Source of the DNA: Pelagomonas calceolata
Taxonomy: Eukaryota
Direction: 5' to 3'
Assembly (NCBI GenBank): GCA_918797485.1
Contig: CAKKNE010000004.1
Coordinates: 3,100,001 to 3,164,000, forward strand
DNA: 64,000 bases
Part shown: piece by piece, positions 49,898 to 60,608 of the stretch
Position numbering within the stretch: position 1 is the first letter of the stretch
Layout of the letters: each line of letters starts with the position of its first letter
Notes under the pieces: model-generated
What the model was told of the DNA's origin: nothing
Database searches by the model: none
The model's input: the letters and a program-made list of their open reading frames with translations, nothing else
Position numbers and translations under genes: made by a program

Positions 49898-51202
49898 ATG
49901 CGTTTTCTAGCCGTGATCGCGGCAGCAACGGCGCTGGCGCCGTCGTTCAAGACCACCATAAGCAGCAATAGTAATGATTGGAAGAAGGGCGTCGATGAAG
50001 CGCTGACGCTGCTGGCTCTGGAACGAGGCACAGCGCCGGCGCCGGACCTGGCCATCGTCACCGTGGGGCTGCCCTTGGAAAGATATTTCGAGACGATCAT
50101 CGACGAGGCCTTCGAGAGAACAAGAGCGCAGACCCTCGTCGGCGTCGTGGGCGCGGGCGTCATCGGCGGTGGCAAAGAAAGAGAATTGCAGCCCTGCGTC
50201 GCCATCGCCGCCGGGAACCTGCCGGAGGGTTCTGAAGTCGCGCCCTTTACATTATCGGGAGATCTCGAGGACCCGAGGCAACATCGGGAGACGGAGCGTT
50301 TATTACGGGCGAGCAAGGCCTGCGTGTTACTAGGTGATCCTTTTTCCCCAATAACAAATGCGGCTTCACTCGTAGACGGCTGGCTGCCATCCCAACCCGT
50401 GGTCGGCGGGTTGAGCTGCCCCGCGTCGCAGGAACGGCCTTCTCTGGCCATTCGAACCAAAGGCACGACTATGTCCACGCCGCCGGGCACGGTCTGCGGT
50501 TTAGCTTTTCGCGGTGCTAACTTAGAAATGCACGCCCTGACGGCCCAGGGCGCCGCCGCGACGGGCCCGGTGCACGCCGTCACGAAGACGTCCGCTAAAC
50601 ACCTAATCCAGGAGCTCGACGGAAGACCGGCCATCGAGTCGCTGCGCGAGACGCTCTCAAAAACGCTCCAGAAGGACTCCAGAGTGGCCGAGCTGCTGAA
50701 GAACGCGCTGCTGATTGGATTAAGGCCGCGAGGTTCCAAGGACGACGCTTTTTTAGTAAGGCAGGTCCGCGGCGCCGGGTCGGACGGCAGCTTGCTGATT
50801 GGGGACGATTCGATATCGGACGAGACGGAGTGTCGATTCATGGTTAGGGATGATGTCGCCGCGCGCGAGGACCTCGAGGATACGATAAAACGGTATTCAT
50901 TGGAGAAGATGTTCAAGGGTACTGGAAGGCCTTTACTATCCGTACTATTCGCCTGCGGCGGGCGCGGCGAGGGCTTGTTCCGGGAGAACGGCGTCGACTC
51001 CCAAGCCATTAGGGAGGCGACCGACGAGGCCCCTTGCGTCGGCTTCTTTGCGAACGGCGAATTGGGCCCTGTCGGCGCGCGCATCTCGGATGGGGCGGAT
51101 CGGATCCCTACTTATTTACACGGGTTCACCGCGACGTGCGGCGTGCTCGTGGACACATCAGGTGATGCGGACGCGGGCGACGCCGACGAGGGCGAAGCGT
51201 AG
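49898..51202 (+). CDS. FIST-domain protein (FIST_N and FIST_C), plastid-type leader
   Basis: GAGVIGG, VVGGL, AQG, IQELDGRPA, F.C.GRG..LF..D, GFFANGELGP. Confidence 0.85.
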   Translation: MRFLAVIAAATALAPSFKTTISSNSNDWKKGVDEALTLLALERGTAPAPDLAIVTVGLPLERYFETIIDEAFERTRAQTLVGVVGAGVIGGGKERELQPCVAIAAGNLPEGSEVAPFTLSGDLEDPRQHRETERLLRASKACVLLGDPFSPITNAASLVDGWLPSQPVVGGLSCPASQERPSLAIRTKGTTMSTPPGTVCGLAFRGANLEMHALTAQGAAATGPVHAVTKTSAKHLIQELDGRPAIESLRETLSKTLQKDSRVAELLKNALLIGLRPRGSKDDAFLVRQVRGAGSDGSLLIGDDSISDETECRFMVRDDVAAREDLEDTIKRYSLEKMFKGTGRPLLSVLFACGGRGEGLFRENGVDSQAIREATDEAPCVGFFANGELGPVGARISDGADRIPTYLHGFTATCGVLVDTSGDADAGDADEGEA

Positions 51203-51335
51203 TAGTGTGCATAGTTGTCATAAAAGTAACTTTATCGAACCGCGGCTTGCGACAACATGCGACCGCGAGGACAGGTGGCGCGTGGCGTCCAGGCGTGGAC
51301 GCTCGAGCCGGCGCGTACGACCACACACGCGACCC

Positions 51336-52328
51336 CTAAGCGCCGTCCGCGCCCGTCAGCTCCAACACTCCTTCCCAGAAGACGACGGACGGCGGCTTGA
51401 CCCACGGCGGCGGCTGCTTCGGGGCTCCTTCCTCCTTCTTCGGGCCGGAGGAGTGGGCGTCCTTGAACGACTGCGAGTTGCGCCAGCCCATGAAGGCGTC
51501 GCGGTCCTCCCAGACCGTGAAGGACATGTAGTTGAAGTCGTCGCCGAACTTGTCCGCCGCGCCCTTCTTCTCGGAGTGGCCCTTGGTCTTGGCATCTCTC
51601 CTCAACATCGTGAACGACTTGAATCCGGGAAGGTCCGCCAGGCCGCTATCTCTTTTGGCCCAGCGCTCCTCGAACGCCGCCTCCGCGCCTTCACGGACCG
51701 TGAACCTATTGGCAGCGACGAAGTTCTCGGCCTCCAACAAGTTCTTGCCGTCCGCTTCCACCACGCGCCAGCCTCCTTCCACCTCACCTTTTTGTGAAGG
51801 AGGCGCCGCGAGATGTAATAATCCATCAAAAAAGATCGGCGACGGCGGGCCCTTGAGCACCTTGAGCGACGACACCATCGCTTTCAAAAACGCGCCGATT
51901 GACGTCCCGCCGTGGGCCTCCTTGAAGGCGTCGCCCTTGCGCCACGCGTTGAAATCTTTTTTCTCGTTCCATATGGTAAATGACATGTAGTTGTACGACG
52001 GCGGGTCGCCGCCCATGGCCGCCGCGCCGCGCGGGCCGACCACATCCTCCACGGGCACCTCTCGGAACAGTGAGAAGTAGCGGAAGCCCTCGAGCTCCGC
52101 GAGTCTGCTTTTTCTATTGGCCCAGCGCGCCTCGAACCTGGCCGCGGCCTTGCCGCCTCTGGTTTTGAAGCGGTTCGAAGCGACATAGCGCTCTCGCGGT
52201 AGTAGATCCTTGGAGGTGGCCGGGGCCTGCTCTAACGTGGCAGCATTTAGCCACGCCGGAGCGCTGCTTAGCCTGGGCGCTTGGAGCGCACTCGCGCCGG
52301 CCACGAGAACCGATGCGATGCGCAGCAT
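51336..52328 (-). CDS. Tandem ABM-domain, IsdG-like heme-degrading monooxygenase, plastid-type leader
   Basis: Two repeats of [YF]VA.NRF..FE.RW..R...L..L.GF..F..YMSFT.W...F..WR....FK.AH. Confidence 0.75.
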   Translation of the reverse strand: MLRIASVLVAGASALQAPRLSSAPAWLNAATLEQAPATSKDLLPRERYVASNRFKTRGGKAAARFEARWANRKSRLAELEGFRYFSLFREVPVEDVVGPRGAAAMGGDPPSYNYMSFTIWNEKKDFNAWRKGDAFKEAHGGTSIGAFLKAMVSSLKVLKGPPSPIFFDGLLHLAAPPSQKGEVEGGWRVVEADGKNLLEAENFVAANRFTVREGAEAAFEERWAKRDSGLADLPGFKSFTMLRRDAKTKGHSEKKGAADKFGDDFNYMSFTVWEDRDAFMGWRNSQSFKDAHSSGPKKEEGAPKQPPPWVKPPSVVFWEGVLELTGADGA

Positions 52329-52367
52329 CTTGTACCAGCGCAGCTCGTAATTGAGAGCAGATAATAA

Positions 52368-52390
52368 CTAGCGGCATGTAAGACACTAGC
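52368..52390 (-). promoter_or_regulatory. CTAG bipartite upstream motif
   Basis: CTAGCG-GCAT-GTAAGACACTAGC in a ~107-nt head-to-head gap. Confidence 0.7.
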
Positions 52391-52435
52391 AAGAACAGAG
52401 CTAGAGCTTGGGATTTGAACGAGAAAGGCTGCCCA

Positions 52436-54304
52436 ATGGCAACATATCAAAACGAAAACCTCGGTTGGCATGCCCCTGCCTACTCAGAGGCCCACCTGCA
52501 AGATTTCTTGGAGCACAGGACACGCGAGCAGCTGGCACAGTTGGCTAAATTAGTAGCTGCAGAGCAGGCGCGGCGCGCGCGCGAAGTTATCAAACAAGGG
52601 ATCGCGCGGCAACGAAGGGAGAGGGAGCTGCGACTCGCGAGACAACGCGAGCAAGGCGTGCACGCACCGCCGAAGACGCTCCACCATCTCGTCACTGGAA
52701 GTTCGGACGCGACGACAGCTGACGTCGGGCGAGTAATCGCGGCCGGCGCGGACATCGACGCGACCGACGGTGACCGCCGAACCGCCTTGTGGCGAGCCGC
52801 AGAGCGCGGCAGGACCGGCACTCTGCGAGCGCTGCTCGACCACGGCGCCGACATAAACAAAGATGTGACTAAAAAGGCGAGCCCACTGCATGTGGCGGTG
52901 GCTAATAATCACACCGAGGCCGTCCGCGTGCTGGTTGACGCCGGGGCCGACGTGACGGCCGGCGAGCCGCCGCCGCTTGTTCTTGCGTGCCGCGTAAGCT
53001 ACGATGCCATCGTGCGCGAGTTGGTCCGCGGCGGCGCCGCCGACAGCAAGCGCAGCGGCTACAAGGAACCCAACGCGATCGACGAGGCGATCATCGCGGA
53101 CGACCTGGCGCTCGTCAAATTGCTCTGCGACTCCGGAGGCAGCTCGGCTAAATATGCCAACCTGCTCTACGCGGTGAATTTCCGCTACTACGACATGGTC
53201 GAGTACCTGCTCGCGGGCGGGGCGGACATGTACTGGCAGGGCGGGAGCTGCCACGACATAGTGCCGATGATGTATGCGCTGTGGCAATACTGGGGGAAAG
53301 GTATCGTAGGGACCCCCGCAGATGCACAAAGGGTCCCCGATCAGCGCATGGCGGAGATACTCGTGGCGGGTGGCTACGACGTCGATCGCCTCCAGGGCCG
53401 GGACAGCGACGACGGGATTCATGGAGAGCGCCTCGTTGTTTGGGCCGCGAATCGGGATTGCGACAGCCCAACAGGGGGGAGGCGGACTGCCTGCGTCGAC
53501 ATGCTTTGCGGGGTGCTCGGAGCCGACGTGAACCTGCGCAAGAACGACAGCAGCGACGACTACCAGTACCGAATGATGTCCGCGCTCGACGTCGCCTGCT
53601 CGTACGGGCATTTCGCGCTCGTAAAGAAATTGGTGGACACGTACGGCGCGCGCGTGCACGAAACGTTGGACAAGGTGACGCACACAAACTGCGATTTCGG
53701 TAACTGTCGACGCAGGATCACCGTCGATCTCATGACGCCGGTGCAGTGGCTATTTTACTGGGATGGCTATGGCGGTGCCGAGTCTTCGCCCGAAGAGCGG
53801 CTGCTCATCTTTCGGTTCCTGGTGGCGCGAGGCGCGCGAGTCTCGTTCGGCGACGTGCTCGAGTTCCAAATGGAGGACGTGGCCAAGTGCATGGAGGATA
53901 TAGAGAGCTCGCCGGTGCAGGAGGTGCGGAAGCGCGTCAAGCCGATCATCGAGCTCGCCGCGGCACAGCTGGAGGTCGCGCGGCAGCAGGAACGGGCCCG
54001 CCGCGCCGCCGTCGCGCGAGAAATCTTGCTCTTCCGGTCCGGGCGAGCCTCGTTTGCCGAGGACAGCGACGACACTGACGACGACGACGAGGCGCGGCTT
54101 CGATGCGGTATCTCGCTCCTCGCGCGCGTCAGCCTCAAGGGCGCGTTTGGGCAGGGGTTCGCGCGGCGCGTGCTCGACCACGCCTTCGACAACGGCGAAT
54201 CGCCCCGCGCCCGGATAGTACCTTGGGCCGACAACGAAGTTGGATCCCCTTGCGCCCTGGAGCGACGCCACCGCGAGGCGTATGAGGCCGCGGTGGGCGT
54301 ATAG
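52436..54304 (+). CDS. Ankyrin-repeat protein
   Basis: TALWRAA..LLDHGADIN, SPLHVAV..LVDAGAD and further ANK repeats. Confidence 0.8.
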   Translation: MATYQNENLGWHAPAYSEAHLQDFLEHRTREQLAQLAKLVAAEQARRAREVIKQGIARQRRERELRLARQREQGVHAPPKTLHHLVTGSSDATTADVGRVIAAGADIDATDGDRRTALWRAAERGRTGTLRALLDHGADINKDVTKKASPLHVAVANNHTEAVRVLVDAGADVTAGEPPPLVLACRVSYDAIVRELVRGGAADSKRSGYKEPNAIDEAIIADDLALVKLLCDSGGSSAKYANLLYAVNFRYYDMVEYLLAGGADMYWQGGSCHDIVPMMYALWQYWGKGIVGTPADAQRVPDQRMAEILVAGGYDVDRLQGRDSDDGIHGERLVVWAANRDCDSPTGGRRTACVDMLCGVLGADVNLRKNDSSDDYQYRMMSALDVACSYGHFALVKKLVDTYGARVHETLDKVTHTNCDFGNCRRRITVDLMTPVQWLFYWDGYGGAESSPEERLLIFRFLVARGARVSFGDVLEFQMEDVAKCMEDIESSPVQEVRKRVKPIIELAAAQLEVARQQERARRAAVAREILLFRSGRASFAEDSDDTDDDDEARLRCGISLLARVSLKGAFGQGFARRVLDHAFDNGESPRARIVPWADNEVGSPCALERRHREAYEAAVGV

Positions 54305-54482
54305 ATAAGTAACACAATGACTCCGGAAAACCCGAACCCTCTCGCGCGGCGCTTGGAGAGCATGGGGCATTGGGCAGCTGGCAGCAACCGCTAGCGCTGC
54401 CCATACCTCGTATTTGTGCCTCATTTGTCGAGAGCACGAGCACTCGCGCTTGACCGGCCAAGCAACTAGCATCACCACTGAC

Positions 54483-56105
54483 ATGCGGCGCGGCTTCCTG
54501 AACAGCGGTGGATCGACGAAACTGCCGCCAGCACCGCCTCGACAAGCTGCCCCACCGCCAGCACCAAAACAAGCAGCAGCACAATCCTCGGCTGAGGAGG
54601 CCGATGCCTTCGTCCAACGCATCGTAGACGCAGCCTATGGAGGCGGCGTCGACGATGGAGGCGGCGTCGACGCGCTTCGCGAGGAGATCTTGCGGCTAGA
54701 CGCTGCCTCCGACGCCACGTTCGGCACCTGGGTAATGCGCGGCGGCCTGGACGCGCTCGCCCACGACCCGCGGCCGGGGGACGAGCCGCGGGACCGGTAC
54801 ACCGCGCTCTGCGCGGTGGCGCTCGGCGGAGATCCGGCCTGCGTGAGCCTCCTGCTCGACCCGCCAGCGCGCGAACGTAGCATCGCGGCGGCGTCGACGG
54901 ACGTCTGCCTCCAGAACTGGAACTGGAAGACGCCGGGTGCGCACGAGTCGACCTATCCGCCCCTCGTCGTCGCGGGCATCCAGGGCCACGTGGGAGTGAT
55001 AGACGCGCTATTGAACGCCGGCGTTTACATCAACCAGCGGGCGTCCGACGTGGAGGGAGTGACGGCGCTACACATGGCGACGAGGTACGTGCGCCTCGAG
55101 GCCGTCGAGATGCTGCTGCGGCGGGGCGCCGACGTCCACGCGAAGACGGTCGGCGACGGTTCTCAACTGTTGAACTCGCCACTGACCTACCTCGTCATGG
55201 CGACGAGCCGACCAGGCGACGACACGAGTGGGACCGTGCTCGAAACGCCCGAAGTGTCCGACGACGCGAGCGTACCCGACGACCGCGGCGCCGTAGCGCG
55301 GGCGCTCCTCGCCGCTGGTGCCGACCCACACGCCCCGCTCCTGGGCCGAAGTGGCAAGCTATACCACGGCGGGGGGTCGCTGGTAGGGCAAGCCGTGGCG
55401 CTCCACCACCTTCCGCTCTTCGAGGCGCTCGCGACGCACCGGTGCCCCCCGGGCGAGCTCTCGCGAGCCGTCCTGGGCGACCCGGGGCGGAAGCGACCGG
55501 CTCCAGAGCGCGTGCGCTACGACGAGCTCCGGCGCCTGGCGGATCGCGAGGTCGTGCTCGCGGAGAGACTATGCGAGAAGGACACCGACGAAGAATCGAC
55601 GGCAAGCGACGACTCGGACCCGAACCGCCCCCGCCTTGAGGACGCGCGCACGATCGCAAAAATGCTGAGGCATTTCGCGCTGGCATTCCGCGGTCCGCCA
55701 CCGACGCGCGCGGCCCGGAAAACGGTACCGGCGCGCGACAGCTCGATCCCGTCGGAGGCGGCGCCTCGCACCAGCGGGGCCTGCCACGCATGCGGAGCCC
55801 CTGTCGTCGACGACGGCGAACTGATTGGCCCGTGTCGGAGGTGCGGCAAATCCTTTTGCTCGCGCGCATGCGAGCACAAAGGATGGAAACCTGGAGGGTT
55901 CGGTTGCAGCGGCGTCATCGTGAGAAACGGTGATTTCGTCCGTCTGCACGGCCGCACGTTCGTCCAGCCGTGTGACGCGAACTCAGACGCCGCGATGGAC
56001 GCAGCGGAACGCCAGGCGGACACGATCGAGCGCAACATCGCTGCCGCGCAAGCGCGGCGGGCCGCGACCGGCGAAGTCTACGGCGGAGAAGACTCGGACT
56101 ATTAA
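54483..56105 (+). CDS. Ankyrin-repeat protein with C-terminal MYND-like zinc finger
   Basis: GVTALHMA..LLRRGADV; CHACG..CRRCG..FCSRAC..W. Confidence 0.75.
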   Translation: MRRGFLNSGGSTKLPPAPPRQAAPPPAPKQAAAQSSAEEADAFVQRIVDAAYGGGVDDGGGVDALREEILRLDAASDATFGTWVMRGGLDALAHDPRPGDEPRDRYTALCAVALGGDPACVSLLLDPPARERSIAAASTDVCLQNWNWKTPGAHESTYPPLVVAGIQGHVGVIDALLNAGVYINQRASDVEGVTALHMATRYVRLEAVEMLLRRGADVHAKTVGDGSQLLNSPLTYLVMATSRPGDDTSGTVLETPEVSDDASVPDDRGAVARALLAAGADPHAPLLGRSGKLYHGGGSLVGQAVALHHLPLFEALATHRCPPGELSRAVLGDPGRKRPAPERVRYDELRRLADREVVLAERLCEKDTDEESTASDDSDPNRPRLEDARTIAKMLRHFALAFRGPPPTRAARKTVPARDSSIPSEAAPRTSGACHACGAPVVDDGELIGPCRRCGKSFCSRACEHKGWKPGGFGCSGVIVRNGDFVRLHGRTFVQPCDANSDAAMDAAERQADTIERNIAAAQARRAATGEVYGGEDSDY

Positions 56106-56134
56106 TACACCTAGTTTTTATGACTCACACAGAT

Positions 56135-57169
56135 TCACGACTCCTCGTCCGGAAGAAGGACCGACGCGGCGACGCCCGCGCCCAGCACGAGGAAGATGAC
56201 GGCCAGCGACGCCTCCGTGGAGACCTCGTAGCCGAAGTAGCCCGCCCCGAGCTTCAAACCGACGAAGCCCAGGACCACGGCCACGGCCGTCTCGAGGTAC
56301 TCGAGCTCCTGCGCCGCCCGCGCGAGCACGCCGTACCACGCCCGCAACCCCAGAATGGCGAACATGTTCGACGTGTAGACGATGAAGGGGTCCTCGGAGA
56401 CCCCAAAGACCGCCGGCACGGAGTCGACCGCGAACACCACGTCCGACAGTTCCAGGCACGCGACCGCCGCTAAGAGCGGTGTTGCCCGTCTGATACCTTG
56501 ACTGTCTATGGTAAAAAATCGGGACGGGTCCTCGGCATCGAACGCGTCCGTCGCCGGCACCAGCGACTGCGAGTTGACCCATCGTACGATGGCGTTTTTT
56601 GAGGGGTCCTCGTCGTCGTCCTCGTCGCCGCCTAACAATATCTTCGCGGACGTCGCGAGCAATATGCCGGCGAAGACGAGCAACACACCCCGGAACTCCG
56701 CCAGCGCGACCGCGCCCAGACCCACGAAGACCGCTCGACATACTACAGCACCGTATAAACCATAAGCTAGCGCCTTGTCCTGCATCGGGCCCGGCGGCAC
56801 CTTGAAATACTCGAAGAGCACCAAAAACACCAACAAGTTGTCCACGCTCAACGACTGCTCGACGACGTACCCCGCGCTGAACTCCAGGGCCTTCTCGGCG
56901 CCCATCGTCGCATAAATGCCGGCGCCGAACGCGCCCGCGGCCGCGATGGACAAGGCCGCCACGAGGTTCGAGTCGTCTCCATCATCTTCCTTGGGCGCCG
57001 CATACACGCGCGATCGTTGCCGCGCCGGCCCAAGAGCTAGCCGGCGCCGCGATGGCGTCGGCTCACTGATGTGGAGCGCCGCGGTTCGCTTCGGTGCAAC
57101 CAAGCCGGCTGACTGCAGCGGCAGCAACGCGGCGATGACGCCCAGCAAACGCGCGTTTCGCCGTCGCAT
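56135..57169 (-). CDS. terC: TerC/Alx family membrane protein (plastid TerC-like)
   Basis: GYVVEQSLSVDNL, ELSDVVFAVDSVPA, YTSNMFAILGLR; bipartite leader. Confidence 0.9.
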   Translation of the reverse strand: MRRRNARLLGVIAALLPLQSAGLVAPKRTAALHISEPTPSRRRLALGPARQRSRVYAAPKEDDGDDSNLVAALSIAAAGAFGAGIYATMGAEKALEFSAGYVVEQSLSVDNLLVFLVLFEYFKVPPGPMQDKALAYGLYGAVVCRAVFVGLGAVALAEFRGVLLVFAGILLATSAKILLGGDEDDDEDPSKNAIVRWVNSQSLVPATDAFDAEDPSRFFTIDSQGIRRATPLLAAVACLELSDVVFAVDSVPAVFGVSEDPFIVYTSNMFAILGLRAWYGVLARAAQELEYLETAVAVVLGFVGLKLGAGYFGYEVSTEASLAVIFLVLGAGVAASVLLPDEES

Positions 57170-57538
57170 TGATGCAGATGTTGGATGATTGATGCAAACG
57201 AACGCTTTGCGGCTGCGTGGACGCGTTTGGGGAATCACTGTGGCACCTCGTTTTGGCATCACAGCTCGCCGGCAGCCACCGTTGTTGATCGAGGTTTTTT
57301 GTCCGCCAGGACCCGTCGGTGCATCCTTCGGAGGCGTCCCGGAGCTTTCATGTGGCAATCGCAAGTCGCGCTCCGGGCGGCGGTGTCGTTCATCTCTCCC
57401 GAGGCGCTGCCTTTTGGGGCGCTGCCAAAGGCAAGCGACGGGCCCGCGCCGGCGGGAGGCACCTCGGCGCGGACCGCACACGGCCACCGAGTGCCGACGC
57501 CGCAGCCCCAGAACCGGTGAGGGCAGCCCCACCACGGG

Positions 57539-59317
57539 ATGGGCTTTGTCGACAGCCTGCGGGCCAAGCTGCCCGGCGGCAAGGATGATGGGAAACCCAA
57601 GAAGAAAACCGCGAAGGAGATCTTCGCCGAGGCCCAGAAGGCGCGCAAACGGGGAGAGCCCATCCCCCGCGGGGAAGGCCTCGGCGGCGAGAAGCTGCCC
57701 GATTTACCGACCGTTCCTGGTGAAGATGATACCTCTGTTATTTCTAGACCGCAACCGAAGCCCGAGCGGTGGATCCCCGGCGTCGTCTGTGAGATCGAGA
57801 AGCGGAAGACCGGATGGTTATATTCGGTGTCGTATGAAGATCTGAGTGCGAAGGAACAGAACAATGAATTGCCGGCGAAACGGCTGCGGAAGAAGGAGAC
57901 GAAGGACGAGGCCCATGCGAGGAAGTTAAGGGACGCCATCAAAGCTCTGGAGAAGCTCGAGGCCGCCGACGAGGACCGGTCCTACAACTCCACTGGTTCT
58001 AGGTCTAGTGCGGGCTTCGCCATGGATCCCACGTCTCCCGACTTCGTGGGCTACAAGATCGGCGCGAAAGTCGAGGTCTGGCACCCCGAAGAGCTGGGAG
58101 AGACCGAAGAAGAAAAGCAGGAACGACTCGCGCTCGAAGCCAAGATCGCGTGGAACAAACAAACAAACAAGGAGAAGGCGATATGGTACGTGAAAAAAGC
58201 CATGTCTGAATTAGAGAAGTTGATGGTCCACTACGGTCCTCCGTATAAAGAGGAGTACGGCGGGTGCTTGTATGAAGAATGCAATAACCCTAAACCAAGT
58301 ATAATTGAGATCCACGGCTTGCTCAATGAGAAGGGCGACCCTCGGGTGCCCAATCCAAGTGATCATGGCAATACGCCGTTGCATTACGCTGCTAGATATT
58401 GTAATCTTAAGTTAGCGAAGATGCTTTACCGAGCAGGCGCCGAGCCCAAACAACTCAACGAGCTGGGCATGAACGCCTTGGGCACGGCCTGCATGTTCAA
58501 CTGCGCCGAGCCGCGACGAAAGACGCACATGAAGTTCTGTCGATGGTTGATCGACCACGGCGCGGACGTAAATAACGTCGACAAAGGCGGCCACACCGCT
58601 CTCGAGTTAGCGTCGTCCTGGGGCAACATGCCTCTCGTGTCGATGTTGATGCAGAACATGGCTCGGGTCAGGCGAGAACTGCAGTTCCTAGCGATAGAAG
58701 CGCCGGACGCCGTGGATGTGGCCGTCACCGACGAGGTCAAAGCTCTACTCATCGCGAAGAAGAAGAAGGAAGATCAAACGATCGCGGAGGACGAAGAGGA
58801 GCGCAAGAAGAAGGCCGAGGCCTTTAAAATTGCTACCGAGCTCGCTAGGAAGAAGCAGGACATGATCAAGAAGATCGAGGAGCGGCGGCAGTACCGGAAG
58901 CACCAGGCTCGGTTAAGGGCCAAAGCGTTGCACGAGGCGACGCGCTTATCCGAGCAAGATGTGGAAGATGAGTTGGAGAGGGAGCGCGAGCGGAAGTATA
59001 AAGAGTTACAAGAGCAGGAGTCGCATATTGGGATCTGGCACCGCGAAGGGAAACGGATGTGGCGCTTCCAGCAGACGGGCCAGCAGGAATCAACTAGGAC
59101 GAATATTTTGGACGAAGCCGGCTCGATTCTGGCCGACTCCAAGGGTACCGAATATAGAAGTATGCTGCAGAAGCGGTGGCGGTCGATGACCGGTTTGGAG
59201 TTGACGGCAGCCCATCCGACGATGCAACCTAGAGCGTCGTTCGAAGTGCTGGAGGAGGAGATGGAGAGCGCGAAGCAGCTCCCGGACATGGGCTTCGAGG
59301 CGTACAACCCCGGCTAG
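57539..59317 (+). CDS. Ankyrin-repeat and coiled-coil protein
   Basis: GNTPLHYAA, GHTALELA; charged coiled-coil C-terminus. Confidence 0.8.
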   Translation: MGFVDSLRAKLPGGKDDGKPKKKTAKEIFAEAQKARKRGEPIPRGEGLGGEKLPDLPTVPGEDDTSVISRPQPKPERWIPGVVCEIEKRKTGWLYSVSYEDLSAKEQNNELPAKRLRKKETKDEAHARKLRDAIKALEKLEAADEDRSYNSTGSRSSAGFAMDPTSPDFVGYKIGAKVEVWHPEELGETEEEKQERLALEAKIAWNKQTNKEKAIWYVKKAMSELEKLMVHYGPPYKEEYGGCLYEECNNPKPSIIEIHGLLNEKGDPRVPNPSDHGNTPLHYAARYCNLKLAKMLYRAGAEPKQLNELGMNALGTACMFNCAEPRRKTHMKFCRWLIDHGADVNNVDKGGHTALELASSWGNMPLVSMLMQNMARVRRELQFLAIEAPDAVDVAVTDEVKALLIAKKKKEDQTIAEDEEERKKKAEAFKIATELARKKQDMIKKIEERRQYRKHQARLRAKALHEATRLSEQDVEDELERERERKYKELQEQESHIGIWHREGKRMWRFQQTGQQESTRTNILDEAGSILADSKGTEYRSMLQKRWRSMTGLELTAAHPTMQPRASFEVLEEEMESAKQLPDMGFEAYNPG

Positions 59318-59368
59318 TTGTTTACCGGGCCGCGCTAGTAATTGTGTTTTTGTATAAATTGTGGGCCC

Positions 59369-60175
59369 TTAGACAGGAGGAGCGGCGACGGGATTGACGG
59401 GGACGGCCTCGTCGTCGTCGTCGTCGTCGGACGAGTCGTACCGCTCCACATGTAAATTCACGTGCACCGCGAGGCGCCCCGGGACGCCGTCGCGCGCCGG
59501 CAGCGGCGCCGCGCGCGCCACCAGCCCCTGCAGCGCCGCCTCGTCCAACTGGGCGCCCGATTGTTGATCTTCCAGCACGACGCGCGACCGTCTAAAGGTA
59601 GTATAGCCCACGGCGACGGTCTGGCCGCAGGGCCGCCGCCGCCGCGTCTGCGTCGTCGCCGTCGCCGAGACGCGCAATCTATGATCGAGCGCGGCCTTGA
59701 CAGCTGATAGGGCCGTGTTCCGCGTGATGTACAGTAAGAAATTTTGCTTCAAATCCACAAAAGGCCCGCCGTCCGGCGGCCAGCGCCAGCGCGTGTGCGC
59801 CACGAGGAGGATGGCTTTTCTTTCAAAAAGCGCGACGGCGGCGCGCGCCGCGGCGCGCGCGACGCGCGCACCTAAAGCTGGCCGCGCGTCGTACGCGCGC
59901 CGGCACGTCCGCGCCACGGTGGCCAGCGCGGGCGAGTAGGGCCAGTCGCCCAAGTGCTCGCCCACGCGCCGCTCGAGGTCCTCGGGCAGCGCGAAGAGAT
60001 GTGGCGTGTCGTCGCCGCGGCGCTGGCGCTCGACGTGGCCGGGTGGGGTGGAGGGGCGCTGGTGCTCGTCCTGGGTGACTTTCCGCGGTTCGGGCGACAG
60101 CATAACCTCGCTGGAAGCGGCAGCGCGCCTCGAGGCGCGCGTTTGTACGGCGCCGCCGCCGCGCCGCGTCCTCAT
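59369..60175 (-). CDS. Hypothetical protein, possible F-box-like motif
   Basis: LFALPEDLERRVGEHL; ATG at 60175. Confidence 0.5.
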   Translation of the reverse strand: MRTRRGGGAVQTRASRRAAASSEVMLSPEPRKVTQDEHQRPSTPPGHVERQRRGDDTPHLFALPEDLERRVGEHLGDWPYSPALATVARTCRRAYDARPALGARVARAAARAAVALFERKAILLVAHTRWRWPPDGGPFVDLKQNFLLYITRNTALSAVKAALDHRLRVSATATTQTRRRRPCGQTVAVGYTTFRRSRVVLEDQQSGAQLDEAALQGLVARAAPLPARDGVPGRLAVHVNLHVERYDSSDDDDDDEAVPVNPVAAPPV

Positions 60176-60352
60176 TTGCTCCCAGGCTGTTAAAGCAGTT
60201 TCTTGTGGCCGCGCAGCGCAGTTCAGCCGCCGCAGCGCGCAGGCGTCGGCGAGGGTATAGTGTCGACTTCCACGAGCCCTTCGCACCCTCTAGAACAGTA
60301 TCCTCCCGCTGCTTCAGTGGGTTTTAGTGGCACCGTCCCCCACACTAACAGC

Positions 60353-60374
60353 CTAGTGTCTCACTCGCGCTAGC
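60353..60374 (+). promoter_or_regulatory. CTAG bipartite upstream motif (variant)
   Basis: CTAGTGTCTCAC-TCG-CGCTAGC upstream of minus-strand ATG 60175. Confidence 0.55.
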
Positions 60375-60608
60375 AAAGACTCGGGAGAAGTTGGAGTGTA
60401 CGGTGCCGAACGCGTCGCCGCGGTCCAAGGTCGCCTGCGGGAAGTCGCGGGACAAGTTGATTGCACGGGCGAACGTTGCACATTGTTCGGGGGGGTTTGC
60501 CGAGGCGGTTCTGCTTAGAAGGAGGTACGCTGTTATGAGAGAAGCGGCCCGCGCCCGCCGCCGATGAATCGGCGACGCGCGGTGTCTCCCCCCCAGGGGC
60601 TCCGCCCA

